Source of the DNA: a virus
IMG/VR virus record: IMGVR_UViG_3300031965_000022
Location: 1 to 64,000 of that record
Direction: 5' to 3' (one strand)
DNA: 64,000 nt
Positions 16,077-25,963 of this stretch are shown here, piece after piece (positions within the stretch are counted from its first letter, which is position 1; the number at the start of each line of letters is the position of its first letter). Made by a program: the position numbers and the translations under genes. The notes beneath the pieces were generated by a model. That model saw only the letters and a list, made by a program, of their open reading frames with translations, was not told the origin of the DNA and ran no database searches.

Positions 16077-16084
16077 GAGTTTGA

Positions 16085-16315
16085 ATGACCCTAACCAAAG
16101 AACACCTCCAAAGCCGCCTCCAGGGCCTCCAAGAGCAATTCGCTACGGCACAAGCCAATCTTGAGGCCCTGAGTGGAGCGATTCAGATGTTGCGGGCGCT
16201 CCTCCACGACCTGGAGCAGCCCGAGCCTGCGAACGAGGCTCCCGGCCCAAAGCTGGTGAAGCCCACCACGAGCACCACCGAATTGCAGCCCGCCCTTGAA
16301 GGCGAGTCAGGCTAA
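16085..16315 (+). CDS. hypothetical coiled-coil protein
   Basis: AGGAG SD; heptad-like LQxL pattern. Confidence 0.5.
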   Translation: MTLTKEHLQSRLQGLQEQFATAQANLEALSGAIQMLRALLHDLEQPEPANEAPGPKLVKPTTSTTELQPALEGESG

Positions 16316-16404
16316 ACAAGTTCTTCCCGCGTTGAAGTGGCCCTTCAGCGTAATCCTGCCAACGCTGCCCAAAGGAGTGCACCTACCAAGGGTGAGCGGG
16401 AAGT

Positions 16405-16436
16405 GGGGCGGGCGCAATACCCGCCCCGACGTTTTC
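16405..16436 (+). terminator. terminator-like hairpin
   Basis: GGGGCGGG (16405-16412) / CCCGCCCC (16420-16427), then GACGTTTTC; second hairpin CTTTCAGC/GCTGAAAG at 16450-16469. Confidence 0.45.
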
Positions 16437-16495
16437 GCGGCAGGACGACCTTTCAGCACTTGCTGAAAGCATTCTAACTGGCAGGAGACAACACA

Positions 16496-17347
16496 ATGGC
16501 TGGAATTTTGCACGACAATTCGCATCACGCTTCTATCGTCCATGACTCTACACAGCGGTACGTCTACGAGACCTTTAAAGGTCACTTCCACAAGGCCGTC
16601 GGCACGGATGTAGGGGGCGACCCCACCGGCGCGGCGGGCGATGTCAACATCCTCCTCGGAGATCGCAACAGCTTCGAGTGGCATGTCATCGGCACCCAAA
16701 CCATCCTTGCTCCCGTGCGGACCAGCGCGGGTCTCAACTTGGTGTTGGATGCCGAAAACAACGACGGTATCGAACTGACCCTGGGGAATGAGTTCCCCGA
16801 GGGTACAATCATCTCGAACGTGGCAGGAGCCACGCGGGGTACCTTCGTGGTCGGTACGGACGCCCCCTTCTTCATCTCGTTCAAGTTTTCTCTCGCTGAC
16901 GTGTCGGGGGCGGACGAGGTGATGCTGGGGCTGAGGAAGGCCGAAGTCTACCAGGCGGTGATTGAGGATGACTACGATGAGATGGCGGCTCTAGACGTGG
17001 AGTCCGGTGACATCAAACTGCGGACCATCCTGAACGCTGGGACCACCGCAGTCACCGACACGACCGACAACTGGGCCGACACCGAAACGAAGACGCTGAT
17101 GGTAATCTGCGACTCCGACGGGTCGCTCTCCAAAGACGGCACTGTGGGTAAGTGCTATTTCTCCATCGACGGTGTGAAGCCGACGGCGGAGGCGACCTCC
17201 CGGTTCAAGTTCGACAGCGGCGAGATCGTCATCCCGTTCTTCGCCTATCGCCACGATTCTGATGTGTGCGATACCATCATCGCCAAAGAGTGGGAGTCGG
17301 GCCTCCTGATTGACGCCTCGGCCTCCTACGAACTTGGCGCGGCGTAG
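16496..17347 (+). CDS. virion-associated protein, possible ConA/LamG-like jelly-roll
   Basis: segment FFISFKFSLADVSGADEVMLGLRK resembles the LamG/ConA-like core pattern (recall only); AGGAG SD. Confidence 0.55.
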   Translation: MAGILHDNSHHASIVHDSTQRYVYETFKGHFHKAVGTDVGGDPTGAAGDVNILLGDRNSFEWHVIGTQTILAPVRTSAGLNLVLDAENNDGIELTLGNEFPEGTIISNVAGATRGTFVVGTDAPFFISFKFSLADVSGADEVMLGLRKAEVYQAVIEDDYDEMAALDVESGDIKLRTILNAGTTAVTDTTDNWADTETKTLMVICDSDGSLSKDGTVGKCYFSIDGVKPTAEATSRFKFDSGEIVIPFFAYRHDSDVCDTIIAKEWESGLLIDASASYELGAA

Positions 17348-17358
17348 TTTGACTTTGA

Positions 17359-17435
17359 GCCCCGCTAGCTCCAAATGATAGAGCGGGGGTTTTGTAAACC
17401 CTAGGTTCCTGGTTTGAATCCAGGGCGGGGCTCCA
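17359..17435 (+). tRNA. tRNA-Thr (anticodon UGU), CCA encoded
   Basis: hand-folded cloverleaf: acceptor GCCCCGC/GCGGGGC, D stem GCTC/GAGC, anticodon stem GGGGT/ACCCT, loop TTTGTAA, T stem CCTGG/CCAGG, discriminator T plus CCA; D loop lacks GG and T loop is TTTGAAT. Confidence 0.75.
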
Positions 17436-17628
17436 AAGGTTTCCAGGCGACACTCTATCGCTGGACGGCACGGGCCGCAGCCGGAAAAATGGCGGCCCAC
17501 CTTTCTTATGCTTCTCCTTTTCAACGTCAACACGGGCGGCGGTGGGGGAGGAGGCGACAGCCTCACAGCCTATCTCTCCATCCGTATAATCCCTCTATTT
17601 CGGTTCACCAAACTCAACAAAATCTAAC

Positions 17629-19278
17629 ATGGCCGATAACGTTTCCATCACCACCGGGGCTGACGCCTCCGTTGCCACAGATGATGTGGGGGGTGTCCAC
17701 TACCAGCGTGTAAAGTTGGTAGACGGCACCTTGGAATCCTCTACCGCGATTGCAGCGGGTGGAGGTGTCGAGGCGGGTGCGCTGCGTGTCACCATCGCCA
17801 GTGACTCCACGGGTGTCTTGAGTGTTGATGACAACGGCGGGGTCCTAACGGTCGATGGCAGCGGCACCGCAGGCACCGCCGCAACAGGAGTTGTCACCGT
17901 CCAAGGGATCGCGTCCATGACCCCCCTTCTGGTGGATGGCTCTGGCGCAACCCAGCCTATCAGCGGCACCGTGACGGCAAACGCGGGCACCAACCTCAAC
18001 ACCTCGGCCCTAGCGCTTGAAAGCGGCGGCAATCTCGCCTCCATCACCACCTCCGTTCAACTGCTTGATGATGCGGTGTTCGTCGATGACACTGCCACCC
18101 ACTCCACCGGCTCCACCAAGGGGTTGGGGGTCATGGCTACAGCCACCCCCACCGATGGTAGTGTTGATGCCAACGACATAGGCATGTTAGCTATGTCCAC
18201 GGATCGACGGTTGTTGGTCGATGCACAGATCGTCGGTCAAGACGCGGATATTACGATTGCCGACGGCGGGAATGCAATCACAGTCGATGGCACCGTAGCT
18301 GTAACGGCGACGCAGCTAGACGTAGACAACCTCAATGCAACAGATGACGCAGTAGCGATCCACGGAGCCGTTGGCGTCCTTACGCAACTCGACCTGACGA
18401 ACAGCGATCCCCTAACCGTGGCCGTTGTGGACGGCACCGGAGATCAAATCACATCTTTTGGCGGCGGCACTCAGTATACACTGGGGACGGATACATATGC
18501 CGAGGCCACAAGCATAGGGACTCTTGCCGCCGCAGTTAGACGGGACGCAGATACCTCAGCAGTCAACACAGATAATGAAGTTGCGCCGCTGTTGGTAGAC
18601 GCAAATGGGTATCTTAAGGTTGAGATTTTCGATGGTGGGGGCAGTCACACCGTTGATGGAACCGTCGCAGTTAGTTCGGTCGGAGGGACTGTCGCCGTCA
18701 CGCAGTCAGGAACCTGGGATGAAGTTGGTATCAACGATTCAGGCAATTCTATCACCGTTGATAACGGTGGAACGTTTGCCGTGCAGGCTACCGCCGTTGG
18801 CACCGTGGCTGACGACGGAATCACTCCCGGCGCTCCTGTGATGGTCGGAGGCTTCGCCATCAGCCCCGATGGCACCGACCCCGGAAACGTCAGCGCCGAA
18901 GGGGATGTAGCACGATTCCGCACCGACCTCAACCGCCGCTTGCTGGTCAGCGCCGTCAGCCCTCGCGTGTGGAGCTATCACGAAAACTCCTCTAGTGCCT
19001 TAACCGACGCTACTGTGGTGACAGGCGTAGCCAGCAACTCCGTCTTTGTCACAGACATTGTGGTCTCAACCGGCGCGGCGACGGCCATGAACGTCTTTTT
19101 TGAGGAGAGCACCACCACCGTACTTGGCCCTTACTACTTGGAGGCCACGGCGGGGCGCGGCTTCGCTCTGCACTTCAACACCCCCAAAAAGATCACCGCT
19201 GGCACCACCTTAACTGTTACCACCTCGGCGGCCATCGCCCACTCGATTGACGTAACCGGCTACATCGCCAGTGTCTAG
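17629..19278 (+). CDS. beta-rich repeat virion protein (fibre/spike-like)
   Basis: repeated ..TVDGTVAV.. / ..VDGSG.. segments, Gly/Thr/Val/Asp-rich; no SD before ATG. Confidence 0.6.
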   Translation: MADNVSITTGADASVATDDVGGVHYQRVKLVDGTLESSTAIAAGGGVEAGALRVTIASDSTGVLSVDDNGGVLTVDGSGTAGTAATGVVTVQGIASMTPLLVDGSGATQPISGTVTANAGTNLNTSALALESGGNLASITTSVQLLDDAVFVDDTATHSTGSTKGLGVMATATPTDGSVDANDIGMLAMSTDRRLLVDAQIVGQDADITIADGGNAITVDGTVAVTATQLDVDNLNATDDAVAIHGAVGVLTQLDLTNSDPLTVAVVDGTGDQITSFGGGTQYTLGTDTYAEATSIGTLAAAVRRDADTSAVNTDNEVAPLLVDANGYLKVEIFDGGGSHTVDGTVAVSSVGGTVAVTQSGTWDEVGINDSGNSITVDNGGTFAVQATAVGTVADDGITPGAPVMVGGFAISPDGTDPGNVSAEGDVARFRTDLNRRLLVSAVSPRVWSYHENSSSALTDATVVTGVASNSVFVTDIVVSTGAATAMNVFFEESTTTVLGPYYLEATAGRGFALHFNTPKKITAGTTLTVTTSAAIAHSIDVTGYIASV

Positions 19279-19286
19279 GACCCAAA

Positions 19287-19580
19287 ATGACCAAACTATT
19301 CTGCTCGTGCGGCAAAGAGATTAAAGGGGCGGCAGACAAATACCGCATCGACTTCCTGTCCCCTAAGGAACACCGGGGGTTTGACTTCTGTCAGGACTGT
19401 TTCACCACCCTTCAGGAAGCCGCAGCCGTCACCAAGGGGAATCCCGCTGTAGAGGAACTCCGTGCGGCAAATTCTAAACTGGCTCGCCGCTTGGCTGATG
19501 CCGAAGCTATCGTCAAGACTTGTTCAGAGGAGTTGGCGCAGTATCGAAGCGGCCTCCTCCACCGAGTCCTCGGCGTCTAG
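19287..19580 (+). CDS. zinc-ribbon plus coiled-coil protein
   Basis: CSCG...CQDC then heptad region. Confidence 0.55.
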   Translation: MTKLFCSCGKEIKGAADKYRIDFLSPKEHRGFDFCQDCFTTLQEAAAVTKGNPAVEELRAANSKLARRLADAEAIVKTCSEELAQYRSGLLHRVLGV

Positions 19581-19597
19581 GTGCGGCAGGAGCCGGG

Positions 19598-19813
19598 ATG
19601 TCTGTTGTTACATCAACGGAAGGCGTTGCAGGTTTTTGGAGGAGCACACCGTTCATGGCCGCCGCTGGGCTTGCGGCCTCCGCCGCCAATACGGCTCTTG
19701 GGACACTGCTGAGAGTAGCCCCGAGTACCAGCGGTACATTCAACCCTTCTGGACGCTCAATGGCCCCCGCTTCGGCATCACACGATGCAGTGAGTGGCCG
19801 CCACCGGGATTAA
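19598..19813 (+). CDS. small membrane-like protein
   Basis: internal ATG of ORF 19520..19813 with GGAG SD; hydrophobic FMAAAGLAASAANTALGTLL. Confidence 0.35.
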   Translation: MSVVTSTEGVAGFWRSTPFMAAAGLAASAANTALGTLLRVAPSTSGTFNPSGRSMAPASASHDAVSGRHRD

Positions 19814-19837
19814 AATGTGCCGCCTGTGGAGCAATAG

Positions 19838-20404
19838 ATGGCTAGTTTAGGAACCCTCGAATTAGGGACGTTCGCAAACGTATCCAACACTAACATTGTA
19901 GGCACTCAGCCGGTCCTTGAGGCGATTGCGTCCGCGAATGATCTTTCTTACGTCCATGATTCAAGCAACTCAACGCACACGGGGGTAGCTAGTTTTGCCT
20001 TAGCCGCCGTGCCCGCAGACTTCAGTCACGTTGACACCGTTTCGGTTCAGCTGCGTTATGCTTGGGAATCAGGGACTCAGACCAACTCATGGGACACCTT
20101 GACAGCACAAATCGTAGAGTCCGATGGCTCTACGGCCTTGACAGATGAGGTGACCGTCGAATCTGCGATCACCACAACCACGCCGACGGACTCCAGCGTC
20201 ATCCCCATGACGAATCCGAACACGTCGGCTGACAAAACAGTTTGGGATGAAGCCTTGGTGCTCATTAGGTTTGGTATAACCCGCTCCAAGAGTGGAGACG
20301 ATTTTCAGGAGCGTGTCTTCGCCGCCGAAGTAACCGGCACATACACGATTGCCGAACCCAGCACAGGAATCGGGTGGGGATACGCCGTAGGAGGATGGTG
20401 GTAA
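19838..20404 (+). CDS. hypothetical virion-module protein
   Basis: ORF track. Confidence 0.6.
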   Translation: MASLGTLELGTFANVSNTNIVGTQPVLEAIASANDLSYVHDSSNSTHTGVASFALAAVPADFSHVDTVSVQLRYAWESGTQTNSWDTLTAQIVESDGSTALTDEVTVESAITTTTPTDSSVIPMTNPNTSADKTVWDEALVLIRFGITRSKSGDDFQERVFAAEVTGTYTIAEPSTGIGWGYAVGGWW

Positions 20405-20407
20405 CCC

Positions 20408-20506
20408 TTGAACTGCCCCAACTGCAATTCGCGCCTCCAGGACCGCCGCTGCAAATTAGTGTGTCCCCGCTGTGCCTACTTCCAAAGCTGCTCGGAGTTT
20501 CACTAA
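20408..20506 (+). CDS. micro zinc-ribbon ORF (32 aa, CPNC...CPRC)
   Basis: TTG start, weak SD; TAATG coupling to the next gene. Confidence 0.3.
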   Translation: MNCPNCNSRLQDRRCKLVCPRCAYFQSCSEFH

Positions 20507-20838
20507 TGCATGTGAAAATGGCCCCGACGATCTCTCCCGCCTACGAGCGGGTGATGAAGAACGCCACCCACTACCCCGATGGCCGAGTCGAATACCGATG
20601 CAGCATCCACGGCCCCATGTGGGGCGATGCCGTCCGAACCCCCCAACATCCCTGTGAAGAATGCTGGGTGATGTTTGCGAAAAAGCTGGAGGCTTGCACG
20701 CCCCCGGAGGAACGCCAAGAACTTTTTGAGCGCCTCCAGGCCGTGGTTATGGAGGCCAACCGCCTTACCGAGCGCGGCAACTGGGATGTCCAGTGGACGC
20801 CTCCCCAGCATGACCCCATTGCTTTGACCGACGACTAA
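20506..20838 (+). CDS. hypothetical protein
   Basis: ORF 20374..20838 trimmed to ATG 20506 (MHVKMAPT). Confidence 0.5.
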   Translation: MHVKMAPTISPAYERVMKNATHYPDGRVEYRCSIHGPMWGDAVRTPQHPCEECWVMFAKKLEACTPPEERQELFERLQAVVMEANRLTERGNWDVQWTPPQHDPIALTDD

Positions 20839-20849
20839 GGAGACCTGCT

Positions 20850-21140
20850 ATGCAGCCTGACAGAATTTTGAAGTTTAGCAAACTTTTGAGCAACGAAACT
20901 ATAACGGCGGCAGCTGCAGGCACAGATGTCGCTTTGACCCCCCGGAAGGTGATCGCCATCTCCGTAGACGCCAAATGCTTCATCACCTTCAACGACTCTG
21001 GGACAGATGCAGCAGCCACGGACTTCTTGCTTCCCGCCGCAGGCATCTACACCTTCGACACGGGAAACTGGACAACTCTCAGCATCTTTGCGCACTCTGG
21101 CGGCAATGTGATTAGTGCGGTACTGGAGATGGGAAATTGA
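20850..21140 (+). CDS. hypothetical small beta-rich protein
   Basis: TAAGGAG SD. Confidence 0.55.
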   Translation: MQPDRILKFSKLLSNETITAAAAGTDVALTPRKVIAISVDAKCFITFNDSGTDAAATDFLLPAAGIYTFDTGNWTTLSIFAHSGGNVISAVLEMGN

Positions 21141-21325
21141 TTCGCCGCTGGCTCATTGCGCTGGCCCACCGCATCTTGGACCACTATGATGCTTGGCCCC
21201 CGCCTCCACCCCAGATAGTGCGGATCATCAAGCAGTATGTGAAAATACCGCCGCCGTCCCCGCGCCCCAGTCCTCCCGTTCCAAGCAAAGGCGTAATGAA
21301 TGCCATGTCCCGAACAGGCTTATGA
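21137..21325 (+). CDS. hypothetical Pro-rich protein
   Basis: TTG start overlapping the upstream stop. Confidence 0.35.
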   Translation: MIRRWLIALAHRILDHYDAWPPPPPQIVRIIKQYVKIPPPSPRPSPPVPSKGVMNAMSRTGL

Positions 21326-21465
21326 TATGGCTCCTGCAACATCTGGTCGTGTGGCCCTTAATGTTCTGCGCTGCCCTTTTATGTGGCTCTGGGATGCTGC
21401 TCGCTTTCTTGGCAGATGGGCTAAACGACAGAATCGACCCCTTGATGAAGCCCAACGCCAAATAG
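21322..21465 (+). CDS. small TM peptide (47 aa); mutually exclusive with 21327..21551
   Basis: ATGA overlap with stop of 21137..21325; hydrophobic MIWLLQHLVVWPLMFCAALLCGSGMLLAFL. Confidence 0.3.
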   Translation: MIWLLQHLVVWPLMFCAALLCGSGMLLAFLADGLNDRIDPLMKPNAK

Positions 21466-21551
21466 GGTTGGCGTGGATTGAAACCATGCGGGAAGCCACC
21501 GAAGAGGTTCCTGTGCGGCTTGAAGTGACAGTGCGGATATTGCGAGACTAA
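21327..21551 (+). CDS. hypothetical protein; mutually exclusive with 21322..21465
   Basis: ends immediately before the portal ATG. Confidence 0.3.
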   Translation: MAPATSGRVALNVLRCPFMWLWDAARFLGRWAKRQNRPLDEAQRQIGLAWIETMREATEEVPVRLEVTVRILRD

Positions 21552-23585
21552 ATGCCCAAGACACAATTCAGTCATATTGAATCAACCCGATGGCTGAATG
21601 ACATCAACGCCGTGCTGGAGCGGATGTACTCGTTTCGGAGGCCGTTAGAGCCCCGGTGGGCGGAACTTCACCGCCACTTGGATATGTACTCCGCTCCGAA
21701 GACCTACCCCGATGGCTCCCCCCGCTCCAACATTTTCATGCCCTATGGGTTTGCAAATGTGCGTCACGTCACTGCAGGGCTGACGGAATCCCTGTTTGGC
21801 ATTGACCCCCCGTTCGTCACCCTCCCCGCTGGGAAGGCCGACGAGGAAGCGGCGCGGCACATGCAGCCCGTCCTAGAGTTAATGGTCCTGCGGAAGGGAA
21901 GGCTGCGCGGCGCTATTACAGACTTTGTGATAATGCTCGCCACTTACGGGTGGGCGGCCTTTGATGTCGGGTGGGATTGGGACTTCGACCTCGTGTACGA
22001 GTGGCAGGTGAAGCCAATGCAGCCGGGGCCGGACACCCCACCCGCACTCATTGGGCAGAATCCCCAAAACGGTCAACCGTTGGTGCTCCACCCCTTGACG
22101 GGGCAGCCCGCAATGGAGCGCGTCAAGGCGTTGGTGCCGGTGCCCCGGAACCGCCCCCGCTACACGGCCTTGGATGTCTATGACGTGCTAGTGGACCCAG
22201 ATGGCCGCCACGTCGCTCGGTTGTTCGACAAGACTGTGCCCCAGATGCTCCGAGAGAATTTGGTGGCCAAACAGGCCGGATACGACCTCTACAGCCAAGA
22301 TGCGTTGGAGACTCTGAAAGCTAAAGTGATGGAGTCCGGGGATGCGGCTGAGGACCAAAATGCACTGGTGCGCGTAGCTGAGGTGTGGGACACCGTGAAT
22401 GGCACCTTCACCCTGAGCGTCCACGAGCAGGACCAAAACACCCTCAACTACAAAGATCAGCGATATGTCAACCGCGCCAGTCAGTACACACAGTACCGGC
22501 GGCGGATGGCTCAAGTGGACAAAGCGCTGTTGGCGACCGGCCACAACCCCTATGCTCACTGCCGTACTCCCATCCTTTACACATCCTATACCAAACTCCC
22601 CGGAGAGATGTTTGGGATGGGCGTGATTGAGCCCGCCTTTGGACTCAATGAGGCGCTTAACTCCAACCTCAGCCGCCTCAGCGATAAGATGGACCTAGGG
22701 ATCAACCAACGGTTCATTTATGATGCAGCCCGGAATGTGGACCTGGGGGACCTCCAAGACGTAAACGTACCCGGTGCGCTCATCGCATCCTATGGGGATG
22801 CCACAAACTTCCTCCACCCAATCCCGGTGGATGTTCCGACGCCTGGAGACTACGGCCTCCTACCCATCTACCAAAGCGCGATTGAGGTAGCGGCCAGTGT
22901 CAGTGACGCCTTTCAGCGGGGGATTGGCAGCACCTCCGGTAACAAGACTGCCACAGGCATTCAGTCGGTGATCCAGGAGTCCAACCGGGGAATGGGCTTG
23001 GTAGCCCGTCAGATCAGCGAAGACATCTTGGAGCCCACACTCCAAATGACCGCTGCAAACATCCAGCAATTTATCACTGATGATATTGAGATCAAAATCA
23101 CCGACGAGCAGCCGTTTATTCCCAAGGTGCAGTCTGAGTTCTTGACCATTACACCGTCACAGATTGCCGGAAACTACGACTTCCGAATCCCCGGTGCAGC
23201 CTATATGGAGAACAGGTTTGTCCTCCAAAACAACGCCCGGATGATGATGGAGATGGCTGCCAAGATTGCGCCCGAATACCTGAAGCCGGGTGTGGCTGTC
23301 GAAGAGATGTTTACACTCCACCGCATCCCCTACCCGCACCGCTTCATCAAGACCGAGGAAGAGGTGGTGGCCGAACGGCAGCAGCAGTTCCAACAGCAGG
23401 TTCTACTCGCAGCCGTCTCGGGTCAAGCCGATGTGGAGAAGGAAAAAGTGAAGCAACAGGCCAAGGGGGATGGGTCTACGCCGAAGCGCCCCGAGAAAAC
23501 GGTGGATGATGTCTCCGGCCAAGCCCGTCAGTTCGCTCAGCGGATGGGCTCAAATGCCCTCGGCACCGGAGGGTTGACGCAATGA
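21552..23585 (+). CDS. portal protein
   Basis: 677 aa; sits upstream of the scaffold-like and capsid genes; assigned by size and synteny, no motif check possible. Confidence 0.7.
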   Translation: MPKTQFSHIESTRWLNDINAVLERMYSFRRPLEPRWAELHRHLDMYSAPKTYPDGSPRSNIFMPYGFANVRHVTAGLTESLFGIDPPFVTLPAGKADEEAARHMQPVLELMVLRKGRLRGAITDFVIMLATYGWAAFDVGWDWDFDLVYEWQVKPMQPGPDTPPALIGQNPQNGQPLVLHPLTGQPAMERVKALVPVPRNRPRYTALDVYDVLVDPDGRHVARLFDKTVPQMLRENLVAKQAGYDLYSQDALETLKAKVMESGDAAEDQNALVRVAEVWDTVNGTFTLSVHEQDQNTLNYKDQRYVNRASQYTQYRRRMAQVDKALLATGHNPYAHCRTPILYTSYTKLPGEMFGMGVIEPAFGLNEALNSNLSRLSDKMDLGINQRFIYDAARNVDLGDLQDVNVPGALIASYGDATNFLHPIPVDVPTPGDYGLLPIYQSAIEVAASVSDAFQRGIGSTSGNKTATGIQSVIQESNRGMGLVARQISEDILEPTLQMTAANIQQFITDDIEIKITDEQPFIPKVQSEFLTITPSQIAGNYDFRIPGAAYMENRFVLQNNARMMMEMAAKIAPEYLKPGVAVEEMFTLHRIPYPHRFIKTEEEVVAERQQQFQQQVLLAAVSGQADVEKEKVKQQAKGDGSTPKRPEKTVDDVSGQARQFAQRMGSNALGTGGLTQ

Positions 23586-23962
23586 CCTTTTGGCAACGCC
23601 TCCACTTCCTCATCTCTGGTGTGTGGCCGAAGTCCCGCCACGTCACCATCCCCGGCGACGACCTGCACCCTGCCCAGGCCCAGAAAGTCCGCGTTGAGTG
23701 GCTCCGCGCCCTGGCCCAGCACCCCGGCTTCATTTGGCTGATGAGCGACCTCGAAGAGAAGAAGGCGATCCACGAGGAGAGGATGCGACCAAGCGGGGTG
23801 GCCGCTCTGGTCAACCAATACGGCCTTGACGGCCTCCTCCAGTACAGCATCGCTACTGCAAAGGCTGAAGAAGCCTCCTACTGGCTCGGCTACATCCAAC
23901 ATCTGGTACGCCGCGCCAACGCCATGCCTGAGCTTCGCTCACGGCCCAATCAAGTTCAGTAA
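23582..23962 (+). CDS. hypothetical head-module protein
   Basis: ATGA overlap with the portal stop. Confidence 0.55.
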   Translation: MTFWQRLHFLISGVWPKSRHVTIPGDDLHPAQAQKVRVEWLRALAQHPGFIWLMSDLEEKKAIHEERMRPSGVAALVNQYGLDGLLQYSIATAKAEEASYWLGYIQHLVRRANAMPELRSRPNQVQ

Positions 23963-24053
23963 CCAAGTTTGCCGACAACGGCATTAGCAGCGTAGCTGCA
24001 GCGGTCACAAGCCGCAACCCCGATCCAGCGCCACAAGCGCCAAGGAGATGACC

Positions 24054-24899
24054 ATGAGTACCCAACCGATGAACCCCAACACCCCCCAGCCTGCCGCCCC
24101 ACAAAGCGACGACTGGTTTGAACAACAGGAGCAGCCGACGCCACAAGCGCCCCCGCAACCTCCCGCCCCCGATTACTTCCTGAAAGCCGACACGGGAACG
24201 GTCTACAAGACCGCCGAAGACGCCGCTAGGGGAGTCGCCGAGAAGGACCGAATGATCGCCACGCAGAAGCAACAGCTTGAGCATCTGCAACGCATCGCAC
24301 AGGCCGCGCTCGGCGGGCAGACGCCTCAGCAGACCGCACAGCAACAGCAAGCGGCCCTCTACAATGCTCTTGAAACCTCCGTACAAAGGGGGGACATGAC
24401 ATTTGACCAAGCCGTCACCGCTCTTGCTGAACGGACTTCGCAGCAGCAGTATCAACTACAGATGCAGCCGTTGCAACCGCTGATTCGTCATGCCAACCGG
24501 ACACAAGCGTTGGAGATCGCTTCCCAGCAGTTCGACCCGAACATCCGCTCCTTCCACGGAACGGAACGGTACAACAAGGTGTTGGAGACCAACTCGGTGC
24601 TGCGCGACGGCATCAACCAAGCCGAGGCAGACCCCCGTTATGCGGGTGCCCTGCCGGAGCTTTACAAGATGGCCTTTCAGCTTGCGTCCCTCCAGCCTGC
24701 ACCGGCTGGGGCGCAGCCTCCGCAGCAAACCGCCCCGCACTCGTCCAACGCACCCCAGACCCTCACGGCCAACGCTCCGCAGCCCGCCCCCGCTTGGGAC
24801 GACAACCCCTTCGGGCCGGGTGTTCGCAACGCCTTCCAGGAGGCGTGGGCGAATGTGCCGGACATCCGGCTGGACCAAGTGGACTGGTCGCGGCGGTAG
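24054..24899 (+). CDS. scaffolding-like protein (Gln/Pro/Ala-rich)
   Basis: between portal and capsid; low-complexity helical Q-rich; AAGGAG 6 nt before ATG 24054 (24048 alternative). Confidence 0.55.
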   Translation: MSTQPMNPNTPQPAAPQSDDWFEQQEQPTPQAPPQPPAPDYFLKADTGTVYKTAEDAARGVAEKDRMIATQKQQLEHLQRIAQAALGGQTPQQTAQQQQAALYNALETSVQRGDMTFDQAVTALAERTSQQQYQLQMQPLQPLIRHANRTQALEIASQQFDPNIRSFHGTERYNKVLETNSVLRDGINQAEADPRYAGALPELYKMAFQLASLQPAPAGAQPPQQTAPHSSNAPQTLTANAPQPAPAWDDNPFGPGVRNAFQEAWANVPDIRLDQVDWSRR

Positions 24900-24958
24900 C
24901 CTTTCCTGGTGCCAGCATCTTTGGTGCTGAACACTCCTTGATAGAAAGAGGCCCTTAA

Positions 24959-25921
24959 ATGCCTAGCATGAACGTAACGACCGGGACAGCGGGCCAAGCT
25001 GGATCAACTGCAGCCGAGCTAATCAACGTCCTCAAGACCCCAATGCTGCGTGTCGCTGAGTTCGACGCTTCTCTCGAAACGTACTTGTTCGAGTCGGAGC
25101 CCTTGAGCGGCGGCAAGACCATCCAGTGGAACCGCATGGAACGCCTTGGTGTTGCGACCTCCCCAGCGCAACTCACCGAGGGTGTGGCCCCCAAGCCCGT
25201 CCCACTCACCATCAACTCCGTTACCGCAACGGTGGAGGAATACGGCAATGCCGTGTACATCTCCAGCTTTGCGACCTTGACGGCCCGCAACAACCTCGTA
25301 CAGAACGCCGTCCGCATCCTTGGGTACAACAACAAGGAAGTACGCGACCGGCTGCTGTACGCCATCGCTGACGCCGCCACGAACGTCTTCCGGGTCAATG
25401 ACCGCGCTAACGACAACGCTATCGAGGTCAACGATACCATCTCGTTCGAGGAGATTTCCCAGGTGAAGGCGCAACTTCGCGGGGCTGGCGCTCCGACCAA
25501 GCCCGACGGACGCTACCACCTCGTTCTCCACTCCGAGCAGTATTCCAGCTTGGAGACCGATGCCAACTGGCTCGCCGCATCGCAGTTTGCGTATGCGTCC
25601 GAGATTCGGCGCGGCATGGTCAACGAGATTTTGGGGGTGGTGGTCCACGAGACCAACTCCAATTCCTTCGTCAAAACGGCTTCGACGACCTCGGGGAACT
25701 CCGACTCCATCCGGTCGGCGTTCATCTGCGGCGGTGAGGCGGCCAAGGTCACAGACCTCAAGGCCACGGAGATGCATGTGCAGGGTCCCGGTCAGGGTTC
25801 TGACTGGACCAAGCGGCGTACCCAACTCGGCTGGACCGTCACCTTCAAAGGGGTGATTGTCAACGAGGGGTTCCTCCGAAGGATTCGGGCGTCCAGTGCG
25901 GATGCCGCCGCCGTTGCTTAG
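24959..25921 (+). CDS. major capsid protein (HK97-fold type expected)
   Basis: 320 aa in portal-scaffold-capsid order; followed by a strong terminator hairpin. Confidence 0.7.
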   Translation: MPSMNVTTGTAGQAGSTAAELINVLKTPMLRVAEFDASLETYLFESEPLSGGKTIQWNRMERLGVATSPAQLTEGVAPKPVPLTINSVTATVEEYGNAVYISSFATLTARNNLVQNAVRILGYNNKEVRDRLLYAIADAATNVFRVNDRANDNAIEVNDTISFEEISQVKAQLRGAGAPTKPDGRYHLVLHSEQYSSLETDANWLAASQFAYASEIRRGMVNEILGVVVHETNSNSFVKTASTTSGNSDSIRSAFICGGEAAKVTDLKATEMHVQGPGQGSDWTKRRTQLGWTVTFKGVIVNEGFLRRIRASSADAAAVA

Positions 25922-25963
25922 TCTGTAGGGGCTGAGGTCACAAGCCTCGGCTCCCGAATTTCC

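Noticed and set aside
17472-17498. Hairpin GGGCCGC/GCGGCCC after the tRNA as a terminator
   Set aside because: The loop is 13 nt and there is no U-run, so it is too weak to call.
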